A stretch of DNA of 64,000 nucleotides from a virus. Taxonomy: Duplodnaviria > Caudoviricetes. The notes beneath the pieces are model-generated. The model saw only the letters and a program-made list of their open reading frames with translations. It was not told the origin of the DNA and made no database searches. This document shows positions 28,773 through 37,447 of the stretch, piece after piece. A program made the position numbers and the translations under genes. Every line of letters begins with the position of its first letter. Position 1 is the stretch's first letter. The DNA lies in the IMG/VR virus record IMGVR_UViG_3300038679_000357, positions 128,001 through 192,000 of that record; one strand, written 5' to 3'.

Positions 28773-30862
28773 GAAGCGACTCCGTCAGGAGCATTAGCTT
28801 CAGGAGAAGAGCTATTTTCTGCAGGTGCTACTGCAATATTTGGAGAATTTGTTGGTGGACGAATAATATTTGTTCTCGCCGGTCTATTTTGAGGGTTACG
28901 TAAATGCCTTACGTCAGTAATCTTTGTAGGATCATATACAATAGCTCCTTGCAAATAATCAAAAGATTCGCCTTCCTTACTTTTTAGGAAAGATAGATTA
29001 TCTTTTTCAATGTTAATTTTCCATCCATCTATTACAGTTTCATTATATCTACTAAGTAGATCTTTATATCCATTAATACGACTGGAAAAATCTGAATCGG
29101 TCTCGTTGTCATTTTTTTCTACAGGCAAATTAACGAAGCCACCTTTTTTTCCTTGGTTTTTTAATCTGTCAATAATCGCCTTAATTTTGTTGTATTCGTC
29201 AGTCCCTATAAAAGTACCAAAAGGAAGATTAGAGGTATCGGAAACTTGAGTGGACGGATTAGCGTCTGGGGGTGCAGCCACTTGGGGTGCGACAGGCACA
29301 GGAGTAGATGCAGTAGGGGGAGTTGTGGTAGCGGAGGTGGCGGGAGTCTGAGAAGACTCAGAATCGCTATCATCTAGCTTTATTTTCTCTTCTGCCTTCG
29401 TAATCGCCGCACTCAAAATATCATTTGGATCAATATCCCCTGCAACAAGTTTCTTGGCGATATCATCTCGACCCATCATTTTTAATCCATTCGTCTTTAC
29501 CTCAGTCCAGAAACTAGAAGACGATGCATTATCGTCTATCATATTGGCAACAATCGAGGCTGACCAGCGAAGTGTTTTCAACACGGTATTGAGCATTTCG
29601 TACAAAGCCTGATTGCTAGATACTTCTGGTCGATCAATGTATTTTGACACACCGCGAAACACACTTGCAATGTGCTTAGCAATCTGTTGAACATGTACCA
29701 TGAAATTGTCGTTATATTTCTTTATAGTATCTATAGGAGTAGTCGCAGTCGACGTAGTAGGCGTAGAAGCCATTTCAGAAGTATCAGCAGACTCTGCCGC
29801 CAACACTTTACGGATACGATATATAGAAGCGACAACCCTATTTTCAGTCTTTTCCCTACCGCTTACCTGACGCACGTATTTCATCACGGGCTTGAAAATA
29901 CTATCTGAGAAATATTTCTTTGAGTTTCCCTGACTCTTAATTTCCTCTATGGTTTGGTTAACCAAATAACGACCATCCTCCCTGTAAAAATCATCAATTC
30001 TCTTTTCATCAAAGAGAATGGTTTCAGGTACTTCGTCATATTTTGCAATATCGTCTATAGACTCCTTATACACGCAATAAAATTTTAAGACATTGTAAAT
30101 ATCTTGAATTGAGTTTGACGGATAAAATGCCCTTCCTTCTCCAGGAACAATAGCTTCCTGTAGAGAATTTACCGACTTTACTAAATCCTTGTAAGTTAAC
30201 GGAGAAATCCACTCATCGTTGGCTTTTTTGGCTATTTCTGAGATAGTCTCATTAAACCTCTCCGACACTCTCGCCGTAACAGCCGGATCTTCCTTCTCTT
30301 CAACACTCTCTTCAACGGCAGCTTCGCTAGAATCCGCTCCTTGAGGCTGACTTATAGCTGGAGTAGATGATTGCCCTGGAGATTGAGCTGGAGACGCTGC
30401 TGGTGGAGTTGATTGCGGTTGAGTTGGTGTAGTTGATGCGGTAGGCTGTCCGGCAGGTGGTGTCGGAACCGCAGACGAAGATGGGGCATTAACTTGCTGT
30501 CCGCCAAGACTCGCTCCAGGAGTCGAAAAGGACTTCAGTGTTTTTTTACCAATTCCAGTTGTCTTTGCTTCCGCCCATCTAACTGGATCGTTCGCGATCA
30601 ATAAATCAGCAATAGAACCAAGATACTGAAGGGATTTGGCGATATCCTCATACTTCGAAATAAGATTCCCAACATCAGCATCTCGCAACCCACCCGCTGA
30701 CAAGGCTGCATCAATTGCCTTTTTTTCCGCCGTGAGTCCAGAAGCAGCTTTCTCTATTTCTTCGTATAGAATCTTTCCATATCCACGAAGAATATCCATT
30801 GCCTTATCAACATCAATGCGGTCTGTATTTGCATTATCTAAAGCAAGCTTCCAGATCTTCAT
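28769..30862 (-). CDS. Unknown 697-aa protein with Pro/Ser/Thr-rich linkers; candidate internal head protein
   Basis: N-terminus MKIWKLA; two long PTS/Q low-complexity tracts; GGAGG Shine-Dalgarno. Confidence 0.6.
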   Translation of the reverse strand: MKIWKLALDNANTDRIDVDKAMDILRGYGKILYEEIEKAASGLTAEKKAIDAALSAGGLRDADVGNLISKYEDIAKSLQYLGSIADLLIANDPVRWAEAKTTGIGKKTLKSFSTPGASLGGQQVNAPSSSAVPTPPAGQPTASTTPTQPQSTPPAASPAQSPGQSSTPAISQPQGADSSEAAVEESVEEKEDPAVTARVSERFNETISEIAKKANDEWISPLTYKDLVKSVNSLQEAIVPGEGRAFYPSNSIQDIYNVLKFYCVYKESIDDIAKYDEVPETILFDEKRIDDFYREDGRYLVNQTIEEIKSQGNSKKYFSDSIFKPVMKYVRQVSGREKTENRVVASIYRIRKVLAAESADTSEMASTPTTSTATTPIDTIKKYNDNFMVHVQQIAKHIASVFRGVSKYIDRPEVSSNQALYEMLNTVLKTLRWSASIVANMIDDNASSSSFWTEVKTNGLKMMGRDDIAKKLVAGDIDPNDILSAAITKAEEKIKLDDSDSESSQTPATSATTTPPTASTPVPVAPQVAAPPDANPSTQVSDTSNLPFGTFIGTDEYNKIKAIIDRLKNQGKKGGFVNLPVEKNDNETDSDFSSRINGYKDLLSRYNETVIDGWKINIEKDNLSFLKSKEGESFDYLQGAIVYDPTKITDVRHLRNPQNRPARTNIIRPPTNSPNIAVAPAENSSSPEANAPDGVAS

Positions 30863-30883
30863 AGCAGGAATCCTCCAGGTTAG

Positions 30884-31234
30884 TTATACCTTAGCTGGAG
30901 TAATAACTGGCTGATCAACTGCCGGAGAAGTAACAACTTCAGGTGCTTTCTTCGTATGAACCTGTGTTACCTTTTCTTTAGCAATGTCTAGCATGCCTTG
31001 CTGCACCTTTACGAGTCCGTCGAGGTACATATTCACCTTGTCGGTAAATTCATCATTTGACGCCATTGCATATTCACCAAGAGAAACGGACGCTTCAGAC
31101 AAGAGTGTAACGCACTTAAATAAGTCTCCAAGAGTCGCTTCTTTCTTCGGTTCAGAAGTTTTCACCTTACTGAGAGCGAGAACATTGAATGACGCACCCT
31201 GCATAATGTTATTCCCATTCTTTTCCATATTCAA
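30884..31234 (-). CDS. Small helical protein resembling a segment of the protease/scaffold
   Basis: Ungapped match LFKCVTLLSEASVSL...EF...L..L to LNQCLTTIEQVSVKL...EF...L..L. Confidence 0.55.
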   Translation of the reverse strand: MNMEKNGNNIMQGASFNVLALSKVKTSEPKKEATLGDLFKCVTLLSEASVSLGEYAMASNDEFTDKVNMYLDGLVKVQQGMLDIAKEKVTQVHTKKAPEVVTSPAVDQPVITPAKV

Positions 31235-31695
31235 ATCACTCCAAGTAGATTTTGATCAGTTGTTATTTTAGACGATAACCCGAAAACGTCACGGTTTCCG
31301 GTGTAAACGCTCATGTCGTTATACCATTTCTGCAAGGCGGATAGTCCTTCCTCTGAGCCAGTTTCAACAACCGCCCAAATTCCGTCTTCTATGTATGATT
31401 TTACAACGTTTACAAATGGCTTTAAGCGGCTATCGATAGACAGATCTACTATTAATCTTCCAAGTGGCGTACCGCTGGCATCCATCATGTATTTCATTGC
31501 ATCTTTAGGTATGGCATCCATTGGTCTCATGATGCTCTCAAGGATTACTTGGTTAACGTGCTTGCCATCAAAAACCTTAGCTTGCTGTTCTTCATCTGGA
31601 TCTGCATATGTCGTACCGGTAGAAACGCCTTCGTCTCCGGCTGGATTAACTCCTTCCGGAATAGATGACTGAGCGTATCTGTCTAACCAATCCAT
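31231..31695 (-). CDS. Hypothetical protein (154 aa) with N-terminal MDWLDRYAQ motif
   Basis: Packed ORF; N-terminal motif shared with 33618..34313. Confidence 0.6.
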   Translation of the reverse strand: MDWLDRYAQSSIPEGVNPAGDEGVSTGTTYADPDEEQQAKVFDGKHVNQVILESIMRPMDAIPKDAMKYMMDASGTPLGRLIVDLSIDSRLKPFVNVVKSYIEDGIWAVVETGSEEGLSALQKWYNDMSVYTGNRDVFGLSSKITTDQNLLGVI

Positions 31696-31704
31696 GAATT
31701 ATTC

Positions 31705-31720
31705 CCGTTGTATAATCAAA
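31705..31720 (+). promoter_or_regulatory. Promoter-like element CCGTTGTATAATCAAA upstream of the HNH gene
   Basis: Identical 16-mer occurs on the minus strand at 18765..18780, upstream of the chaperone gene. Confidence 0.55.
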
Positions 31721-31753
31721 CAAAATTACCTCAAAACAAACAAAAAATCCTGC

Positions 31754-32068
31754 ATGTCCAAAAAAGCAGTCAGAAAATCCATGAGATCAGGGGTGAAAAA
31801 ATGCCCCATCAGCGGCTATGTCGGTCCGCTCATAGAGCACCATATACATGGTCGTGAAATAAATGATGCAGAAAGCGACTGGAACAAAGCATGGATTTCC
31901 CCAAATGTACACGATATGATCCATCAAGGTGTGATCATAATCGAAGGATGGTTTATGACCTCAGAAGGAAGAACCCTCATTTGGAGATGGAACGGAGACG
32001 AAACGACAACAGGATTCTCAGCTACGCCTCCATCTTACGATGCACGACTTCTTCCACGCTCTTCTTAA
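31754..32068 (+). CDS. HNH endonuclease-like protein (the only plus-strand gene supported)
   Basis: KKCPISGYVGPLIEHHIHGREI...WNKAWISPNVHDMIH; likely start MSKKAV at 31754. Confidence 0.75.
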   Translation: MSKKAVRKSMRSGVKKCPISGYVGPLIEHHIHGREINDAESDWNKAWISPNVHDMIHQGVIIIEGWFMTSEGRTLIWRWNGDETTTGFSATPPSYDARLLPRSS

Positions 32069-32804
32069 TTTTTTCCACTCTCTTTTTGAATGAAGCAACC
32101 TTCTTTTCAGTAAATTTACTATGAAGAACCTCTTCCTTAGCCTCTTCCCAAAGATGACCTAAGTTTTTATCTCTAATTTTCTCTTTTAATATCTCCACAG
32201 TAGCCGCCAATTCACTTTCGCATCGATCATCTGACTTTTCATCGTATATCTCCCATATCATATAAACGATAAATAATAGCACAAAACCAACCGCAATGTA
32301 TGGAATATAATCGAAATACCATTGGCAAGCGACGCATAAGCACAAAAAGCCAAATCCACCAACAGCTATCCTCGATCCAACCCTGAGTTCAGCCCAAACT
32401 CGAATTATAATACCGATGACTCCCACGACAAATCCGAGCATAATCCCCTTATTGATCATTGACGACCAATAAACACGCTGCTCAATACGATGTTGAGTCA
32501 TCCTCATCTCAAAACTTTGCTGCGCATCAACAGGAGGAGGTATCACATTCACTTTCTTTGATATTCCACCAAAGCGAACTCCTGGCCAAATGGGAATACC
32601 TGGAATATACTGGTCATAAACCTCAACCGGAGCAGTGATGGCATCCACTCCAGTCTCTTTTTCTACGGCTTTCTCATTCGTTTTGTTGAGAAAGTCCCTT
32701 TCTTCACTGGTGATAGAACTAACTTTTTCCGATGTGGAATCAAGAATATTGCAGGAGCAATTCATCGCCATCAACAACATTGCCACAACCATCGCCCGTA
32801 TCAT
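32022..32804 (-). CDS. Membrane protein with lipoprotein-like signal peptide and three TM helices (possible lysis accessory)
   Basis: MIRAMVVAMLLMAMNCSC N-terminus; three hydrophobic segments at about aa 118-185; GAGGAGG Shine-Dalgarno. Confidence 0.55.
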   Translation of the reverse strand: MIRAMVVAMLLMAMNCSCNILDSTSEKVSSITSEERDFLNKTNEKAVEKETGVDAITAPVEVYDQYIPGIPIWPGVRFGGISKKVNVIPPPVDAQQSFEMRMTQHRIEQRVYWSSMINKGIMLGFVVGVIGIIIRVWAELRVGSRIAVGGFGFLCLCVACQWYFDYIPYIAVGFVLLFIVYMIWEIYDEKSDDRCESELAATVEILKEKIRDKNLGHLWEEAKEEVLHSKFTEKKVASFKKRVEKIKKSVEEVVHRKMEA

Positions 32805-32815
32805 CTAAAACCTCC

Positions 32816-33625
32816 TCAAATTTTTGCCTTTGCCATCTGTTCTTCCTGCACATAAACTGAATTAATTCGATCACGCCCCTCCATAACACTTCTTGCCAGC
32901 CTATGATTACCATCAATAACCACACCATCTTTTAACCTGATCAAAATCGGCTTAGATAAATCAGCAGTCCTTATCTTCGCCATATGCTTCATGTTAACTT
33001 CAGATGATGTAGGAGCAGACATTACATCAAACGGACTCAACGGAGACTCATCTTCTCCCCAAGAATTTTCTTTCAATTGAGCGGAAAGTTTCGACACTTT
33101 CGTCGGCACAACCTCATTATATTTTACCTCATCCAAAAGACGACCAACATCATAACAGCCATCTTCACTGCAATACACTTGACCTTTTGTCCAAGTGTCA
33201 GCAACAACTGTTGATGCCCAATGTCCAACTCCACTATTCCATTTTTTTGGAACCTCCTCCACAACAAGCCCAAGAAGATCAGGCTGGACCTGTTTTTTCA
33301 ACTCTTCTGGAGGATCGGCAACTGGAGTAGAAGTAAGATCAACCCTTTCGGCATCTCCCGTATCTTCACCGCCAAGAACACGATCAACTGCATTCCAGTT
33401 GACGACATAACTTCCAACCTTTTTCCCAGGCTCTCCACCATAGTCCTTAACCAAACCATACATCTTTCCAGGATCGGTAATTATGTCTCCATTATACGGA
33501 ATACGATTGACAAGGTATCCTATATATCCATCGTCGCTACGCATCTCAAAAAGAAAGTGACGACCTTTCGGCGTCTTTTTCTCCTTCAATTCTCTAAACC
33601 TACTGATTGCCGCAGATTTATACAT
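32816..33625 (-). CDS. Protein with C-terminal ParB/Srx-like domain
   Basis: KIRTADLSKPILIRLKDGVVIDGNHRLARSVMEG; likely start MYKSAA with GAGGA Shine-Dalgarno. Confidence 0.65.
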   Translation of the reverse strand: MYKSAAISRFRELKEKKTPKGRHFLFEMRSDDGYIGYLVNRIPYNGDIITDPGKMYGLVKDYGGEPGKKVGSYVVNWNAVDRVLGGEDTGDAERVDLTSTPVADPPEELKKQVQPDLLGLVVEEVPKKWNSGVGHWASTVVADTWTKGQVYCSEDGCYDVGRLLDEVKYNEVVPTKVSKLSAQLKENSWGEDESPLSPFDVMSAPTSSEVNMKHMAKIRTADLSKPILIRLKDGVVIDGNHRLARSVMEGRDRINSVYVQEEQMAKAKI

Positions 33626-34313
33626 CACGTTCCTCAATTTTAATATATTTTGGCGGAATAACGCCATAAACAATAATTGTATTCATTTCCGTCCCACTTT
33701 CTAAATCATACTGATATTGTCTATCTCCAAGCCTACTGGCGATATGTTCCATAACAAGTTTTTCAACAACATCTGGTTCAAGACTAGCATCAGGAAGATA
33801 ATTGTCATGCATCATGCCGGGGATATCGATCCGCAACATCACTTCTCCACTATACGTAGGGAATCCAACGGAAATAAAAACAGCCGCACCAACACCACGG
33901 TTACTAATTCCCCTCGTATTATTTTTTGGCTGTAAGCCATCACGCATGATTGACTCAATTTTTTCTGTATCAGTAACGTGATATCCATACTGATCTCCAT
34001 CGTATCCGAAATTATTAAAATCAATCATCCATGGAGACCCAAAAACACGATTAAAATAATCTTCTATACTAGATTGACGGAGAGAGAGAGATGGCAAAAA
34101 GTTTCTTATCTCCTCAATGTCGATATATTCAACATCAGTGATAAAAATTTGACCGTCAACCTCAAAAGACAAAACCTTAACGTTAAAATCAGAAAGATCC
34201 GTCTCTTTATAAGGGATGACACGACTATCAAGTATGTTTTTTAAGCATTGAATGTCTTCACAATCACTTGCGTCATCAACAATGCTTTGAGAATATTTTT
34301 TCATCCAGGACAT
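33618..34313 (-). CDS. ADP-ribosyltransferase-fold protein (KptA/Tpt1-like C-terminal domain) with N-terminal MSWMKKYSQ motif
   Basis: YGYHVTDTEKIESIMRDGLQP, AVFIS, MLRID and terminal IPPKYI. Confidence 0.7.
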   Translation of the reverse strand: MSWMKKYSQSIVDDASDCEDIQCLKNILDSRVIPYKETDLSDFNVKVLSFEVDGQIFITDVEYIDIEEIRNFLPSLSLRQSSIEDYFNRVFGSPWMIDFNNFGYDGDQYGYHVTDTEKIESIMRDGLQPKNNTRGISNRGVGAAVFISVGFPTYSGEVMLRIDIPGMMHDNYLPDASLEPDVVEKLVMEHIASRLGDRQYQYDLESGTEMNTIIVYGVIPPKYIKIEERDV

Positions 34314-34319
34314 GACTCA

Positions 34320-36368
34320 TCACCATTTTTCGAATACATATACATATTCATTTTTCTTGGCTCCATTCTTTCTTTGATAAGAAATAACTGGAGTTTCCAT
34401 AATAATTGTTCTGGATAACTTCATGCAATCAAACGATGACAAAAAATCGGCTGCAACATCATGCTCATCAGACTTCCCAATCGACAATGCAAAGCGTCCA
34501 TGCAAAGATAACTTCAAGCATGCTTCCGAACACACTGGAATCAACCACTCAAACAACCACTTTTTGTAGTCCGGATATCGAACATATGATTGACTTTCAT
34601 CGGCTGCATAAATTTCCTTATCAAAATACGGAGGCGACGTGAAAATAAGATCATATTCTCCCGATATATGTTTCAAGGCATCTTCTGCCGCCTCATTGTG
34701 AATCACACATTTTGTTTTATTAAAGTAAGAAGACATCTTCACTAGCCCAAGACAATTTTCCGACAATGGATCAATACCGGTATACGATGCAACTTCATGA
34801 GCGCAACATCCAAGTAGCCTGCCGCCAAATCCGGCGCAGAAATCAAGAACTCTCGTACTATTATCGCATTCCATGAGGTACATTATCGCCCTAGCTGCAG
34901 AAGGAAGGAAATTTCCAACGGACCGATTGCTACGATATTCTTTCAAGGCGCTTCTCATTCCAGCCGCAGTGCATGTCCCGCCGTACATTAACCTTCTATC
35001 AATCGCATCCATCAACAAATCATCATCATTAAAAATCTCTATTGGAGACAGCGATCCGCGTGTTCCCATGCTGAACATATGCCTTTGAAAATGCCAAATC
35101 ACATCAGTTGACATGGAGTTACATTTTATATTCACGTCATCAGACAGCAAATGACTCTTTGTCCAGTTCTTTATCCTCGACAAAGAGCAATCAACAGCTT
35201 CATCTGACAAATCAATATACGGAAAGCCATAATCTCGATAATGGCAAAATATTTCTCCGACTAGCTTCTTTCTGTCTACATCAGAGAGCGCTATATATTT
35301 ACTTTTTGTTGGTATAGACTCAAGCCTTGGAACAGCTCTCCTAGATATAGAACCATCGATCTTATATCGCATACATTCTATGATCCATGGGCGAATAATC
35401 TCAATCATCCTGCTTGCTGCTGACGGTCCACCACAAAGATAGTAATTCTTCTTTTTCTCCTTGCAGTTCGTAACCATATGTATGTCGAACCTATTGCGAA
35501 GGAACAAAGCTAGGCGCTCATTTTCTGCTTCACTGAATGAGCAGCTATAAATCCTGACTTCAATCGGAGTAGTTCCATCAAACCTCATGTATCCATCGTC
35601 CATCATCCAGTATGCTAACGATATTTCATTCATCTCCGCCAGAAAAGACTCATTTAATATCTTTACTCCATCAATATACGCCATATCCCTAAATTTAAGT
35701 AACTGATAATGGTTCCTGGTTCGAAAACAATGAGATTCAAACATTTTACCAAAACGATCATCATAATTAACAGTTACATCCACGTCAGAACGCACGTGTT
35801 CGGCAAACACCTCATTCAAATGAAGAGAATAAGCAGATTGAGATGGGACATGCTTTACTCGCAATGCGCCACCTTCATCAATGTGCCCATCCCCCATCAA
35901 CAATCCAACAACAACAGATCTCTGAAAAGAGGTCAACGGAATCGTTTCGCGACCGCGTACAAGCCCCTTATGTCCGATCCTTTTAACTCCATACAATTCA
36001 CGAAGAAAACCAATATGTCCACGCGGGATATCATACTTATCGGCAATATCATTCAACTCAAGAAAATTCTCCGCATACTCCTTCTTAAACAACTCCTCTG
36101 AAATATTTCCTCCCGTACGGCAAAACCAATTAAGAAAGGAAACCTGATGTTTTGAATAGCCATGCTCAACAAAATCATCGACCGTCCATCGGTTCTTAAC
36201 TAAAATAGCAACATATTCTCCTGTGCTGGAAAATCTTTTCTTCTTAGAAAAGGAGCCGCTACCATAAAATATCGGACGATCAACGAAGTTAAGCGTAACT
36301 TCGGCGATATTTTTATCCATCCGATCGGACAGAAGAGACGATAAAGATGGTGATTCTTTGATGAACAT
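34320..36368 (-). CDS. LAGLIDADG homing endonuclease fused to an amino-DNA methyltransferase
   Basis: GLLMGDGHI and LAYWMMDDGY (two LAGLIDADG motifs), IRPWIIECMRYKI, then RVLDFCAGFGGRLLG (motif I), YTGIDP and DLIFTSPPYFDKEIY (motif IV). Confidence 0.8.
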   Translation of the reverse strand: MFIKESPSLSSLLSDRMDKNIAEVTLNFVDRPIFYGSGSFSKKKRFSSTGEYVAILVKNRWTVDDFVEHGYSKHQVSFLNWFCRTGGNISEELFKKEYAENFLELNDIADKYDIPRGHIGFLRELYGVKRIGHKGLVRGRETIPLTSFQRSVVVGLLMGDGHIDEGGALRVKHVPSQSAYSLHLNEVFAEHVRSDVDVTVNYDDRFGKMFESHCFRTRNHYQLLKFRDMAYIDGVKILNESFLAEMNEISLAYWMMDDGYMRFDGTTPIEVRIYSCSFSEAENERLALFLRNRFDIHMVTNCKEKKKNYYLCGGPSAASRMIEIIRPWIIECMRYKIDGSISRRAVPRLESIPTKSKYIALSDVDRKKLVGEIFCHYRDYGFPYIDLSDEAVDCSLSRIKNWTKSHLLSDDVNIKCNSMSTDVIWHFQRHMFSMGTRGSLSPIEIFNDDDLLMDAIDRRLMYGGTCTAAGMRSALKEYRSNRSVGNFLPSAARAIMYLMECDNSTRVLDFCAGFGGRLLGCCAHEVASYTGIDPLSENCLGLVKMSSYFNKTKCVIHNEAAEDALKHISGEYDLIFTSPPYFDKEIYAADESQSYVRYPDYKKWLFEWLIPVCSEACLKLSLHGRFALSIGKSDEHDVAADFLSSFDCMKLSRTIIMETPVISYQRKNGAKKNEYVYVFEKW

Positions 36369-36373
36369 GCATC

Positions 36374-36401
36374 AATATAGCCTGAAAAAACGACTATTCA
36401 A
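36374..36401 (-). promoter_or_regulatory. sigma70-like promoter TTGAAT-16-TATATT, probably giving a leaderless mRNA
   Basis: ATG of the endonuclease-methyltransferase lies 5 nt after the -10; no Shine-Dalgarno. Confidence 0.55.
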
Positions 36402-37426
36402 CCACCTGCGGTTGTGGTGTATAAGTACCTGAACCATCGAGCCCTACCTCCAGGTAGGGTAAACTCCGGTTGCACGTTAACGCCCATCATCGGCAAGGTC
36501 TTCTTGATACCCTTTGATATCTCTAGCCACAACGTATTGTAATCTTGATAAAGCGTCTGAAACTTCTGGTACGCCGCATTCGCCCTTTCAGGATCTTCAC
36601 CAAAAATAATTGCTATTTCCTGGAATGACAACCCCATAATGATGCGGCGTAAAGCGTGTATTGCGGCAACCAGTAAAATACCATATTCCCAATGTCTAGG
36701 AATCTGCTGAATGTTAGCATAGGTATATGACGCTGGAGGAATAGCATTCATTGCTCGTAATCCCTCAGTCAAAAACCCAACCAGATCAGCCTGTGAAAAA
36801 TATGCAAAGTTGTAACTGGCGAGAACATCATCCGTTTCCTGGGGAGGTGTAGCAAAAAATACATTTCCTCCCGCATAATCGGCAATCCACCCGTTAACGA
36901 GCATTGCGCCATTTACTCGAACGATCGGCTTAGGATCAGGGTTCCAATTTCGATAGGCTGCGTTCAACTTCGTAGAATCTTCCGTCCTGTTCAACTGTTC
37001 CCAATACAATGGAATGTGCTGTACTTCATAGATAAAATCGTTATTGAGAGCATAAATCATCGATAGCATTTTATCACTGACAGCCATTGATACGGAATTT
37101 GCCGAAAATGACATGAATGTATCAGACTTATTAACGTCAAAATACGTCATTTCCGTCTTTGATTCCTGATTGACAAACGCATAGGTCCATCGATCATAAT
37201 ACCTTCCTATCGGAAGATCTACAGGAACCGTCCAATCTGCATAGTAGAGCCCAATCCTCTCCACTTCTGAGGTAATTGTGGCAAGTACGTGACCGTCTTC
37301 CCTAACGATCTCAACAACAGGCTCACTTCCGACTTGAAAAGGGTAGAAATTACCATTGTAGATGAATGTTCGAAACAATCGAACGACTTCACCCTGAACC
37401 GCATTCGTCCTGTCTTGCACTGCCAT
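36398..37426 (-). CDS. Neck / head-tail connector protein with N-terminal Ig-like domain
   Basis: GLYYADWTVP...GRYYDRW Ig-like start; C-terminal FSQADLVGFLTEGLRAMNAIPP...WEYGILLVAAIHAL helical adaptor pattern. Confidence 0.55.
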   Translation of the reverse strand: MAVQDRTNAVQGEVVRLFRTFIYNGNFYPFQVGSEPVVEIVREDGHVLATITSEVERIGLYYADWTVPVDLPIGRYYDRWTYAFVNQESKTEMTYFDVNKSDTFMSFSANSVSMAVSDKMLSMIYALNNDFIYEVQHIPLYWEQLNRTEDSTKLNAAYRNWNPDPKPIVRVNGAMLVNGWIADYAGGNVFFATPPQETDDVLASYNFAYFSQADLVGFLTEGLRAMNAIPPASYTYANIQQIPRHWEYGILLVAAIHALRRIIMGLSFQEIAIIFGEDPERANAAYQKFQTLYQDYNTLWLEISKGIKKTLPMMGVNVQPEFTLPGGRARWFRYLYTTTAGG

Positions 37427-37447
37427 AATCAACCCTCCAGGATGTCG

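Noticed and set aside
34320-36368. Intein or group I intron explanation for the LAGLIDADG domain
   Set aside because: No Cys/Ser start block or His-Asn end flanks the domain, the flanking genes look complete, and there is no non-coding room for a ribozyme.
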